63,719 nucleotides of DNA, filler included, from Chiloscyllium plagiosum (GCF_004010195.1; 5 parts of one record of this genome joined end to end with filler, not necessarily neighbours in it), one strand, 5' to 3'; counted from the first letter of the whole stretch, positions 13,403 through 25,600 are shown. Notes: generated from the letters alone by a model not told the origin. Numbers and translations are program-made.

Positions 13403-13859
13403 AACATTCTAGATGTATAATATTTGCCATTTCTTGTGATTTTCTTGGGAAGCATGGACATATAATCCAACATTGAGTGTAATTTTTATGCCTTAAAATC
13501 TCCTAGTAATCAGTATCTTAACAGATCTCTTATCTCATGACCATGGATAGGTTTGGATGGACTGATCCTAATAAATTCATTTGGAGAATCTCTGGTAATA
13601 TAGCAAATTGTAATAAACCTAATTGTTTTTCCAAATCCTGTGAATCTTTTTGAGAATAGGCCTTAAGACCGTAAGAAACAAAAGTAGATATGTATGGCTT
13701 TTGATTTTTACCTCCACCTTGGTTTCTGATGAGGAGGGGATCTTGGAGCTTTCCCAACTATCCTTTCTTTACCCTGGTTACTTGTTTTCCTTTCACTCTC
13801 CCCTCCTCTGTCCCTCTCGAGTTTATAGGGTGATGGAAAAAGGGTTTAGTTTTGATTCG

Positions 13860-14157
13860 ATTAGATTCACTACAGTGTGGAAACCGGCCCTTCGGCCCAA
13901 TAGGTACACACCAACCCTCCGAAGAGTAACCCACCCAAACCCCTTTTCCCACTGACTAATGGACCTAATTGACAATTTAAGCATGGCCAATTCACCTAAC
14001 CTGCACATCTTCGGACTGTGGGAGGAAACTGGAGCACCCGGAGGAAACCCACACAGACACGGAGAATGTGCAAACTCCAGACAGGCAGTCACCTGAGGTT
14101 TGAATCGAACCCGGACCCTGGTGCTGTGAGGTAACAGTGCTAACCACTGAGCCACCG
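13860..14157 (-). mobile_element. HE1-type V-SINE
   Basis: The - strand has A box GGTGGCTCAGTGGTTAGCACTG, B box GGTTCGATTC and the V-domain. Confidence 0.9.
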
Positions 14158-14499
14158 TTATGGATCAACTCATCATCATCAGTCACTGCTGCCTGTTTAG
14201 TATTTGCCACCCTCTGGGTCCTTGCTATGATTTCAAATTACAAAAACTAGTGAGTTTTCAATAGAATGATTTTTCTCAGAGCTTCATATAGTATTACTCC
14301 TGATGCCCGCATCCATCTGTCAGAACTGCTTTGAAATTCAAATATAGGTTTGCTCAGTCTGTTTCCTCAGATTTTTAAACTTTTGTCTTTATGTTTTAAG
14401 AACTAATTTATATCAACCAGAGTAGCCAGTTCACTGCGTCATAATACATGGAATCTTCCTCTAATGTGAAACATAGATTTCCTGTGCTTTACCTAATTA

Positions 14500-15360
14500 C
14501 TTGCTGTGCGCAGTAGAGTCCAGTTTTTCTTCAGTTACTTTATTTGCTTTGCTATTTTTTCAACAAACATAAAAAATGCCTCCCTATCCTTTTCATGCAA
14601 TTCTGCTAGAAGCTGTGCAAAATGAAGAGATTTCTTACTGGACTATAACTGATGACTAGGATTTTCTCCAGCAGAGTCTTTGTCAGCGTCAGATGTCTTT
14701 TTTTAAAAAAACTGTATCATTTTAAGCTGGTATCTATCTCTTGCCTCTATTCCCTTTCTCTCTGAAATTCATGCTCAATTTTTCTCAGTTTCATTTGCTG
14801 CGTTATCATTTCTTTTTCCATTCTTTTTGATTCCAAAGCTTTTTCTTATTCTATTTTGAACTGCTTTACCTCTTTCTCATATTCAAGCTACTTTAACTGT
14901 AACTGAAGGAGAAAGTGAGGACTGCAGATGCTGGAGATCAGAGCTGAAAATGTGTTGCTGGAAAAGCGCAGCAGGTCAGGCAGCATCCAAGGAGCAGGAG
15001 AATCGACGTTTCGGGCATGAGCCTGAAAAAGGGCTCATGCCCGAAACGTCGATTCTCCTGCTCCCTTGGATGCTGCCTGACCTGCTGCACTTTTCCAGCA
15101 ACACATTTTCAGCTCTTAACTGTAACTGAACCCTTGCTAACTCAAGTGACTTACCATTTGGCATACTTAGTTCCTCCTGTACTTCATCTAGTCTTAGTTG
15201 CTTTGCCAGTATTTCAATTACCTCTACCTTCTTAGTTCTGGCTGTCAATTCTACCTCTAATTTATTTGCCAATTTGAGCAGTCTGGCTTTTGTTACTTCC
15301 TGTAAATTCACCAGGGATATCTATTGAAACTGCAGGATGGTTTTAGCTGCTTTGAATGCC
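14500..15360 (-). mobile_element. Degraded Gypsy-like gag remnant
   Basis: The - strand reads LQEVTKARLLKLANKLEVELTARTKKVEVIEILAKQL...LELARVQLQL, followed by decayed E/K/R-rich coiled-coil sequence. This resembles Gmr1-like gag N-termini (recalled, not searched). Confidence 0.45.
14908..15115. mobile_element. Palindromic Penelope-derived insert
   Basis: Inverted arms of about 80 bp around CTGAAAAA. 15-bp TSD TTAACTGTAACTGAA at 14893-14907 and 15116-15130. Confidence 0.85.
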
Positions 15361-17377
15361 ATCATATTTTAGTATGAGAAATCTGACATCTGTCAATTTA
15401 TTCTTTTACCACTCACACTAACTCCACATCGAAACTTGCGTTATCCATGTTCAAAAGCTTCCAGACTCTGATCCCCCAACGTTTGTGACTGCTTAACTGG
15501 GAAGAGTGCACATTAATTATGCTCCACTTTTCCACAAGCTATCAAAAAATCCATAAACATAAAATCCCAAAAGACCACCAAAATGACCAATTTGCCTGGC
15601 TGACTGCTACTCAGGACAAAAGCAATTATGTCAGTAACAGAAAAATAATTATTCATAAAGCACTCTTTCCTCTGCTTTTATTAAAGTTAAGAATAATTTG
15701 TCTTTCCTGTGCAATCTAAGCAAGTTAGGATCCCAGCAGATACTATTGTCAGACAAGTCAGGTTCCAGACAGAAACCCAACTTGATAGGTCATAACTTGT
15801 TTTTGGGTTTTAATGCTCTGGTCCCTTGCTGAACCATAGGATATTGATTTTGCTTTAACAACAAAAAGTAAGTTTATTACAAAGATAACATAGTTTAGAT
15901 TATTCTATCTACTTATAATACAAATTCAAGGATTTTAATCACGCAATAATAGTATAACAAAAACAGAAATTGTTGGCAAAACTCAGTAGGTCTGGCAGCG
16001 TTTGTGGAGTGAAAAGCAGAGTTAGCAATTTGAATCTTGTAGCTCTTCATCAGTTTCATCGACAATTTTACTTTTTTGTTTTCATATCTCTAGCATCCAC
16101 AATTCTTTATTTATTCATTATTATAATATTATTGATCCAGAATACTGTTTCATGAACTGAAAAGAAACAACACAGCTTTTATGTAAGTTTAGTGCCCAAA
16201 CACCCAGATGCAGTTCTCAAAACACCACTCATATAATATTCACACTAATATCCCTGTACCTAACACCTTAATAAATTTAAGTCACCTTGTTAAACTGGAA
16301 CTGTGATTGCATGTAAGAAGGAGAAAATATTTTTAGTTAGCAATAAGTTAAAGGGTTATGGGGAGTGGGCAGAAAAAGTGGAATTGAGACCGAGTTGAGA
16401 TCAACTGTGATCGTATTAAATAGTCAAGAAGGCTTGAGGCGCTGATTAACTTTTCTTGCTCTTACCTCTTAAGTTCTAATGTAAGCACTTTCAGTCCGGA
16501 GCTGCCCTGCATTGTTCTTAACATTTACCCTAAATGTGGCAGACAGTAAATTTGGCAATTGTGCTTTGCGAGCAGGGTCATGGATGTCCTGGATGAGGTG
16601 TTGCCAATATGGAATTTGCACCTCATCCAAGGAATAACAGTGCAGGCCATGTTAACCTGGTCTGCATTAGAGTGGTGTTGTAAAAGCACAGCAGGTCAGG
16701 CAGCATCCAAGGAGCAGGAAAATTGACATTTTGGGCAAAAGCCCTTCATCCTGTTAGCCTGGTGCCAGTTTGTCACCTGGGCTAAAGCAGTCTCAGTCAT
16801 CTGGAGGAATATGCAGCGATGTAGAAAGATGATCAATGCTCTGTATTAGTCCATCAGGGTAAGTGCAACCATCCTCTGATGGTGTGATACCTTATGCTCA
16901 CTCTATCTTTGCTACTGTACCATCTATGAAGGCCCATTCTCTACCAGTCTCATTATTGACTGCAATATTTTCCTCAGTTATGTCAGTCGCTCCAGCCCCA
17001 ACATCCCTACAATCCCTTTGTATTGCCTACTCACTTGGTTAGGATTTTTACCCACCTGAACTGAAAGTAACAGCTGTGGCATTCGCTTTCATCTCCTGTA
17101 ATATCTGCCTCTTTCATCTATTGTAATACCTGCCTCGCTCTCTCATTCCAGGAGGAAAACAGGAAAACAGGGGAGAAAAACTGAAGATGGATAGCATGCT
17201 TCCTGTCATTTGGCTCACTCCTTATTGGGGGAGGATTTTGACTTTGATGTCACCCGACAAGGACTGGTCAGGTGTTGCTCTTGTCTTACTGTTCCAGGTC
17301 CCCCTGACTGAAGAGTCACTTGACTTGATTGAAGCCTGCTAATAACTATGCTAAGCTTTCTTGCTTTGTGTCTGACC

Positions 17378-18340
17378 ATAAGACTGTAAGATATAGGAGC
17401 AGAATTAGGCCATTTGGTCCATTTGAGTCTGCTTCACTATTCGATCATGGCTAATATATTTCTCAATCTCATCCTCCTATTTTCTCCCTGTAACCTTTGA
17501 TCCCCTTAATAACCAAATATCTGTGTATCTCAGCCTTAAAGACACCCAAAGGCTTGGCCTATCTAGCCTTCTGTGACAGTGAGTTTCACAGAGTCACCAT
17601 TGTCTGGCTGAAGAAATTCTTCCTTATCTTAGTTCTATAAGATCATCCCTTCACTCTGAGGCTGTACCCTTGGTTCAAGAATTCCTACCAGTGGAAGCAT
17701 CGTTTCCATGTTCACTCTATTCAGGCCTCTCATTATTTCTTGTAAGTTTCTGTGAGATCCCCCCATCATTATATATCCAAACACCGTTGAGTACAGACCC
17801 AAAGTTCTCAACTCATTTGACAAGCCCTTCATTCCTGGGATCATTCTTGAAAACCTAGCACATCCTTCTTTCAATTCTGTGCCCAAAACTGCTCACAATA
17901 TTCCAAAACTTGTCTGAGGAGAGTGTTATATAGCCTCAACAGTACATCTCTGCTCTTTTCAGTCTTGAAATGAATGCAAGCATTGCATTTGCCTTCCTAA
18001 TTACAAATGGACTTGCATATTAATCTTAAGAGAATCCTAAACCAGCACTCCCAAGTCCCTTTGTGCTTCATCATTCCTGATGAAGGGCTTATGCCTGAAA
18101 CGTTGATTCTCCTACGCCTCAGATGCTACCTGGCCTGCTGTGCTTTTTCAGCACTACACTCTCGATCCTTTGTGCTTCAGGTTTTTGAAACCTTTCCCTA
18201 TAATTGACCCCTCTATTCTTCCTACTGAAGTGCATAACCTCACACAGTCCTATATTGTATTCCATCTGCCACTTTTTTGCCTACGTGGGCATGTCCAAGT
18301 CGTTCTGCACCCTCCCTGTTTCCTCAATATTTTCTGTCTT
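17378..18340 (-). mobile_element. CR1 LINE 3' fragment with nested Penelope-derived piece (about 18071-18166)
   Basis: The - strand reads RFSRMIPGMKGLS..LRTLGLYS. The nested piece has CCTGATGAAGGGCTTATGCCTGAAACG and is flanked by duplicated CCTTTGTGCTTCA. Confidence 0.75.
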
Positions 18341-18630
18341 TCCAAGTCCCTTAAAAATAATTCAGTTTAACTCTTGAGTTTTGGGTGTAAGAAGATATGA
18401 GAGAAACTTCTTCTCATGCAGTATGTATGAATAAGTTATATTGGAAGCACACTGAAGATAACACGATTGAAAGTCTAATTGTCTAATATTCTTATAAGAT
18501 GGAACGTGTGAGGGGAACTTGGCCAGGTTGAATTAACTGTTCCAAGAGTTGATTTTCTTCAGCCAAATAACATTTCCTCCTCTAAAAAGTTCTTAATCTT
18601 GGTTATTATTGGAAACTATTTTGTTTGCAG

Positions 18631-18912
18631 AACTTGAACCAGAACCAGTGTTCGCCAATAAAGAATCAGTTCCGAGAGAGGTAAAGGTTCGAACATCGGA
18701 AAATGCTATTCTCAGCTGTGAAGTATCACATCTCAAAACTGAGGTCAAATGGTCCAAAAGTGGAAAAATTCTCAGTTCAGGTCAGAAAGTTAAAGTCGAA
18801 TCTGATGGTAGAATACGAAGACTTATTATTCAGAATGCAAAATTAGTGGATGGAGGCAATTATGTCTGCGAAGCAGCTGGAGAGAAATTGACATTCTGCG
18901 TTCAGGTTACAG
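18631..18912 (+). CDS. OBSCN: Obscurin tandem Ig-repeat exon (282 nt, phase 1-1)
   Basis: Acceptor ttgtttgcag|, donor ACAG|gtcagt. Translates ELEPEPVFANKESVPREVKVRTSENAILSCEVSHLKTEVKWSKSGKILSSGQKV...YVCEAAGEKLTFCVQVT. Confidence 0.93.
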
Positions 18913-19503
18913 GTCAGTAATGAATGTTGACTTTTAATTTATGTTCACCAAAGGTATTTTCAAAGTCTAATTATCTCTTGGATTACGTTTTTCTGACATC
19001 TGGTTGGGGTTCCTTAGAGCTTTTCCTTCTTGACTATCCATAAGAACTGTCTCCCTAATCTTTGTCTTCTGCTTTCACCTGGCTTTGAAAATGTAAGTAG
19101 GACCTGTGTAATATCTTTATTTTAGGGAATTATCCCAAAGGATTACTCAGAGGTATGTGTGGTAAGATAAAAACTTCAACCAAACAAGGAGAGTTTAGAA
19201 GGCTAGGAAAAGAGTTGTTTTTTTAAAGAAAGAACTTAAAGAAAAGGTGGATAGGTGCAATTCTGAAGAGTATAAACTTGGGACAGAATTTTCTGTTCCC
19301 TTTAAGGCAGCATCATTGGTGAGAAAATTAGGAAAAGAATGACAAGAATGATAAAGTTGGAATCTCATGGAGAAAAAATTTCCCTTAAGCTTTAAATGGT
19401 GACTTCATAAACCCACTAATAAGCCACCTTAATTCCATGCATTTGCATTTCACGATTCGCACAACTTGCTTCATTTATATGACACTACCAATGTTTTGAA
19501 ACT

Positions 19504-19772
19504 AGACAGTGCCAGTTTCTCGCATGAAAGTCAGAATGGTTACCTGATGGCAGGAGCTCGTATCTCCACACATTCATCCATTTCTGTCTTCACCACAACA
19601 TACCTGGCACTCTTCATACACACTGTCTGTACAAAGACAGTGCCAGTTTCTCGCATGAAAGTCAGAATGGTTACCTGATGGCAGGAGCTTGCTGCTTGTA
19701 TCTCCACACATTCATCCATTTCTGTCTTCACCACAACATACCTGGCACTCTTCATACACACTGTCTGTACAA
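19504..19772. repeat. Near-perfect tandem duplication (131 bp + 138 bp)
   Basis: AGACAGTGCCAGTTTCTCGC...CTGTCTGTACAA occurs twice; the copies differ by a 7-nt indel after GGAGCT. Confidence 0.92.
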
Positions 19773-20609
19773 ATTGGCATTGTCAAACCACCCAAGTTTA
19801 CCACAAGATCATGCTTTCTCAATCTAAATTACATCACCTTCAGGACTATGTCAGGGACATAGTTTGCATGCTTCTGCCAGGATGCTTTGCGTGCAGGGAT
19901 AAAAGCATCTTACTTATCTACACAAGTTACATTTTGTGGCTCTTGACTTCATTTGTTGCATTCATTAGCTTTGCCCATATTTGGAGGGTACCATTATTTG
20001 TGACTTGCATTGCTTTTCAGTGTAGAGGGGGAAAGGCAGTTTGTCATGGTGGGGAACACTGAAGAGTCAAAGAGGTGTACATTTTGCTGTATGGCAATGT
20101 GCTGTCTCAATGTTATATGTATAGTGTGTGTCAGCACTTGTTCACAGGAATCACACTGCATGTGCATCAAGTACATAGCTATCTCTAAATATCAATTCTT
20201 AATGGGCTCAAAAGGACCTACAGTCAGTGAGAGTACAACCACAGTCAGTCTAGGGGCTGATCTGATTCCAGTCCAGGGTTTGGTCATGGTTAGTCCGATT
20301 CTACCAGAAGTGCAGTATGAGGTTTGGACCATGGTCAGCCATGCAGGTCAAGTCAGGGGATTACATACACCTCAGTTGAGGTGCTGTCGAAACTGGAGGT
20401 GCTGGACTAATTTTCCCTGCAATGAGACAAAGAGAGGGGGGATAGAGAATGTTCAAAATAGATGGAACAGTAGATACTGGTGATGCTGAAACAAGAGAAA
20501 CCATCAAACTATAATAACTCAACTGGAAAGGAACATCATTTATTGTTGAACATGTTGAATATACATAAGCTAGACCTAGCCTGGGGCAAACAGTTCTGCA
20601 GAACCCATC

Positions 20610-21545
20610 CCTGGGTCTGCTTTTTAAAAAGATTTTTAAATCAACTTGTTCAGAAAAGTCATTGCACATCTCTGGAGCAGGTGGGACTGGCTCAGAGTTG
20701 TTGACACTGCCACTGCACCGTGAGAGCCTCCTGGTTTGCTTTATCTTAGTTTCTAATCTTATTTTCTTAGTTTATAATCAACCTGTGCAGAGATGCTGTC
20801 ACTAACCTCTGGAACAGGCTGGGTCTTGAACCTGCAGGTCAGGCAGCATCTGATGAGCAGGAAAATCGATGTTTCGAGCAAAAGCCCTTCATCAGGAATA
20901 GAGGCTGGAAGCCTTCAGGGTGGAGAGATAAATGGGCCTGGAGGCTTTCTGCCTCTATTCCTGTTGAAGGGCTTTTGCCCAAAATGTCGATTTTCCTGCT
21001 CCTCGAATGCTGCCTGACCTGATGTGCTTTTCCTGCACCACTCTGATCTAAACTCTGGTTTCCAGCATCTGTAGTCCTCACTTTTGCCAGGATCTTGAAC
21101 CTGGGCTTCCTGGTCCAGAGGTAGGGACACTATCACTGCACAAGAACTCTAGCCTGGCTCTGCTTTATGTTTTTATTTAAATAAGCCTGTTCAGAGTTAT
21201 TATTACACATCTCTGCAGCAGGCAAGACTTGAACCCAGGGCTCTTGGTTCAGAGGCAGGAACACTACTGCTGTGCCATAACAGCCCTCAAAGTACAGGCT
21301 AATGGCCAAATATAGATGTTTTCTAATCACTGTTCAAAGAGATATCGCACACCTCTGGAATGGGTGGGAATTGAACATGGGCCTCCTGGCTCAGAGATGG
21401 GGACAATATCACCACACCACAAGAGCCTGTCTGGCTCTGCTTTATATACTTCTTTTAAATCAACCTATTCAGAGCAGGTAGAACTTGAACCTGGACCTTC
21501 TGGCTCAGAAAAAGAGATGCAACCACTGTGCTACAAGATTCCTCT
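20610..21545 (-). repeat. Tandem array of diverged tRNA-like (SINE-head) units, interrupted by a Penelope-derived palindrome at about 20835-21090
   Basis: About five units approximating GGCTCTTGTGGTGCAGTGGTAGTGTCCCTACCTCTG...GGTTCAAG on the - strand, with A- and B-box-like motifs. Confidence 0.65.
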
Positions 21546-22069
21546 GGGATGCTTGAATGCCCTTAGGTCCCAGTGGTGATATGTTCTTCAGCCTCTCCAG
21601 TTGTGCCATTGCATGGGGAAGGGCATCATAGTCCTCAGATGGTAAATTAATGTGGTGAAGGGTTACATTTGCTTAAGCAAAAGTGCTATGAGATATAGTG
21701 GAATGGGCATTATTAATCTCAATCAAATAAACACGGCCTGAAAATAGGAAAATTTACCCAAGATGACTAGAGGAAGCCCTGTCAATTGTGATTCGATGAC
21801 AGGAATATATAAGGGACTGGAATTAGGAGGGCTGAATTTGCAAAAGATTATGCTGCTTGCGGATGTTTTACAGGTACAAAGGCAAATTCATAAACGAATC
21901 TAAACATAAAGATGGATTTTTGATTTCAAGCTTTGGGGGGGCTTGCTGATTATGCATAGTGGAGTTCTGGATGACTACAATCTGCGGAGAAAAGTTAATT
22001 AGAGGCTGATAAGGAGGGAGACTAATAGAATAATTAAATTTGAATTTTTGTGAAAGCACAGGTAAGATT

Positions 22070-22407
22070 TATAGTGACTGTAACAAGGTTAACCAGGTGG
22101 ATGCTGAAAATGTGTTGCTAGAAAAGCGCAGCAGGTCAGGCAGCATCCAAGGAGCAGGAGAATTGACGTTTCGGGCATGAGCCCTTCTTCAGGAATGCCA
22201 GGTGGATGTCATAGAATACGTGTTCTCTGACTGGGGCTCTTAATCTGGTCCAATCAGAAAGCCCTGGCTTTCAGATAAAAACAGGAGTGTCAGACATTCT
22301 GTTCACACTGAGAGATGGCTATGAGGGAGCTGGATTGTGTCAAGGAGTTTCCATGTATAAATAAAGTGAGTTAGTGAAGGAATACCAGATTCTGTGGAGT
22401 TATTTCA
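22070..22407 (+). mobile_element. Solo LTR-like element, interrupted by a Penelope-derived piece (22104-22197)
   Basis: Has CCAAT, GATAAAAACAGG (TATA-like) and AATAAA, and ends TTATTTCA. It is the reverse complement of the 45356-45553 copy. The nested piece has 11-bp TSD CCAGGTGGATG. Confidence 0.6.
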
Positions 22408-22929
22408 AGATCAACATGCGTTGGTATTGGCTAGGAGTGGAGATAGGAGATATAATGAATACAGTAGTGATTACTTTGGGGCAGAAATTCATCTTGTGAT
22501 AGAATAAATTTCTAAGGGTTTCATATCATGGTATTAAGGCATAAAAAAAGAGTAAACATTTGAACAATTCAGTGGTGGAGCCTGAAGCAATTCTTTAGCT
22601 TTTACAATTTTCTTTTCCAAGCTTTTAAGATAGGGAAGTTATTACATATTCAAAACACACTCATAACCATTTTTTGTACCTGTTTCCCTTAACCATTTCC
22701 TTCTCGGTACTCAGTTTTTTTTCACCATACGAAGTGAACTGTCTCATCTCTCTCTCTCTCTCTTTCTCTCTACTGGAAGAATAGTCTTTTAGTTTTAGTC
22801 TCTTAATGGGGTAAGATGAATTCTGCACCAAGTTGGTACTTGGGAATGCTTATCTTGTATCTTTGTATATTAGATGCATTACTGTATTAATCTTTTATCA
22901 AACCTTTAGTTTTATGCATAAATCTTCTA

Positions 22930-23147
22930 GGAGAAAGTGAGGACTGCAGATGCTGGAGATCAGAGCTGAAAATGTGTTGCTGGAAAAGCACAGCAGGTCA
23001 GGCAGCATCCAAGGAACAGGAGAATCGACGTTTCGGGCACGAGCCTGAAGAAGAGTCCTGAAGAAGGGCTCATGCCCGAAACGTCGATTCTCCTGTTCCT
23101 TGGATGCTGCCTGATCTGCTGCGCTTTTCCAGCAACACATTTTCAGC
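22930..23147. mobile_element. Palindromic Penelope-derived insert with hammerhead core
   Basis: Inverted arms. TTTTATGCATAAAT is duplicated at 22910-22923 and 23148-23161. Core CTGAAGA-A-GGGC-TCAT-GCCC-GAAA-CGTC. Confidence 0.85.
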
Positions 23148-23225
23148 TTTTATGCATAAATATCTGGTCAGGTTTATGTCTACCATTTTTAATCTGACAT
23201 TCCAATTGATGTTTCTTGATTGCAG

Positions 23226-23501
23226 AACCAGAAACTGGATTTGTCAATAAGGGTTCAGTTCAGAAGGAAGTGAAAGTTCGACGATCAGAGAATGCTACTC
23301 TCAGTTGTGAAGTGTCACGGTCCAAAACTGATGTCAAGTGGATTAGAGATGGAAAACGACTCACTAGCAGTAAAAAGATTAATCTTGAGTCTGATGGTAA
23401 TATTCGAAAACTGATCATTCAGAATGTGGAATTAAAAGATTTAGGTGAATACATTTGTGAAGCAGCTGGCGAGAGATTGACCTTCAACGTTCAGATTTCA
23501 G
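23226..23501 (+). CDS. OBSCN: Obscurin tandem Ig-repeat exon (276 nt, phase 1-1)
   Basis: Acceptor tttcttgattgcag|, donor TCAG|gttagt. Translates EPETGFVNKGSVQKEVKVRRSENATLSCEVSRSKTDVKWIRDGKRLTSSKKI...YICEAAGERLTFNVQIS. Confidence 0.93.
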
Positions 23502-23847
23502 GTTAGTATGCTTCAAGGAAAATCCTGCATTTTGTTTTTACCCATTTAATTATTCCAATATTTATGTATAACATTTGGAAGATATGTAGGCCCAATTATG
23601 TTTGATCTGCTTTATTATGACATGCCTTGAAATTTGTCTTTTTTTTCTTAGGTAAGTATATTGAAATATATGGAATAAAAACAGACAAGTGTAATCATGG
23701 TGCATCAACAAAAGACTATGGATGCTTTAAATCAGAAATAAAAACAGATGACGTTAGAAATCCTAGGTGTCATATGTGGATGGACAAATGGATATAGGCA
23801 GTTCCCCAGTTATGCACAATTTCCATTGTTGAGTACTTTTATAAATC

Positions 23848-24050
23848 TGAAAATGTGTTGCTGGAACAGCGCAGCAGGTCAGGCAGCATCCAGGGAACAG
23901 GAGAATCGACGTTTCGGGAATCCTGAAGAAGGGCTTATGCCCGAAACGTCGATTCTCCTGTTCCCTGGATGCTGCCTGACCTGCTGCGCTGTTCCAGCAA
24001 CACATTTTCAGCTCTGATCTCCAGCATCTGCAGACCTCACTTTCTCCTCC
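23848..24050. mobile_element. Palindromic Penelope-derived insert with hammerhead core
   Basis: Inverted arms. TSD TACTTTTATAAATC at 23834-23847 and 24051-24064. Confidence 0.85.
23918..23955 (+). ncRNA. Minimal type-I hammerhead ribozyme motif (Penelope-associated)
   Basis: GAATC-CTGAAGA-A-GGGC-TTAT-GCCC-GAAA-C-GTC-GATTC. Helix I is GAATC/GATTC, helix II is GGGC/GCCC, the CUGANGA and GAAA cores are present, the cleavage triplet is GUC, and palindromic ACGT replaces helix III. Activity is untested. Confidence 0.65.
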
Positions 24051-24749
24051 TACTTTTATAAATCGACTTGTATGCAAGTTGGAATGCTATACAGTACAAT
24101 ATATAATAGCCATTTGTAAATATGAGCAAATAGTTGCACATTGGATCTTTAAAATTAATATTAATATGGGAAGTCATTTGTAAGTATGAACTGTCAGATT
24201 TTGAATGTTCATAAATTGGGGGCCACATTTCGGTTTAATGGTCTTTCATCAGAATTGAAGCAACAGTTTGCTTCTGGTCAAATTGAATGAATAAACAGAT
24301 TGAAGACTCTGGGTGGTTTACCTGTGTTCCTGTGAAGATCATGGTTATTTGCCATCTGTGAGTCTCTATTATGTATATCAGCAATATTCTCAAGTTAGGG
24401 ACTTTGCGATAGTGGTAATTGGGTCCTTTACTGTGGTGTCAGGAGGTGCAGTTATGCTCCTTTCAGATCCATGTGCAGAAAATAAATTTAGCTGTTTGAT
24501 TTGCTGACGTTCACTAAGACAGTTTTCTATTTCTGCAGTCATGGCTGGCAGCCTTATGGCAAATGTTGGACAAGGCAAATGTTAAGACACTGGTTTATCT
24601 GCTTTGGATGTGGGCAAAGGAGCTATCTTGCTTCTCTTTACCTATCATTATGTCAATTAGTTGACTTTAAGCAAAAGTTTAGATCTTTAATAGACAGCCT
24701 AGTTCTTGAAAAAGGGGTGAATGCAGCTGGCTAACTGGGTGCAGGATGT

Positions 24750-25600
24750 GATCATTTGACCAGATGCGTTGCCATTCAGTATGATCATGGCTGATCCTCT
24801 ACCTCTTGCCATATTTCTGCTTTCTTTTCATACTCCATGCCTTCAACACCTAAAACTTCAGCAATCACTTGAACATATTCAGTAACCTTGTATCTACTAC
24901 CTTCTGTGGTAAAGGATTTCACACATTGACCACCCTCTGAGTGAAGAAACGTTCTTCATCTCAGTCCGAAATAGACTCACCTGTATTTTGAGTCTGTGAG
25001 CCTGAGTTATGGACCCACCCACCTGGGAAATTGTCTTTCCTACATAAAATTGTCTAGGAATTTTAGACATTTCAATTGGATCACCTCTCAATCTTCTAAA
25101 CTCTAGTGAATATAAGCTCAGTGGAATCATAAGACTATAAGAAGTAGGAGCAAAAGTACACTATTCAGCCCATCGAGTCTGCTCTGCCATTCAATGAGAA
25201 TCATTGCTGATATGATAATCCTCAACTCCACACTTTCCAGCCTTTTCCACATAACCCTTGATTCCCTTATTGATTATCGATGAGAGTAAGATCCTAGAGA
25301 CTTTCACTGAACAAAGAGACCTTGGAGTGCAGGTTCATAGCTTCTTTAGAGTGGAGTTGCAGGTAGACAGAGTAGTGAAGAAGATATTTGGTATGTCTTT
25401 ATTGGTCAGAGCATTGAGTACCGAACTTGGGGGGGGGGGGGGGTCATGTTGCAGCTGTCCATGACATTGGTTAGTCCACTTTTGGAATACTGCATTCAAT
25501 TCTGATCTACCTCCTATAAGAAGAATGTTCTGAAACTTGAAAGGGTTCAGAAATGATTTATAAGGATGTTGCCAGGGTTGAAGGGTTTGAGGTATAGGGA
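24750..25600. mobile_element. Cluster of CR1 fragments on both strands
   Basis: The - strand reads LYSLEFRRLRGDPIE (24897-25130); the + strand reads EQRDLGVQVHS..RVELQVDRVVKK (from about 25290). Confidence 0.7.

Noticed and set aside
10303..23501. Titin, OBSL1 or immunoglobulin-locus identity for the Ig exons
   Set aside because: The 92-aa LSCEV..KTEV.W..DGK repeat and the adjacent RRKLHS/CAAKFIPLR kinase fit obscurin. No recombination signal sequences or V-domain motifs were seen.
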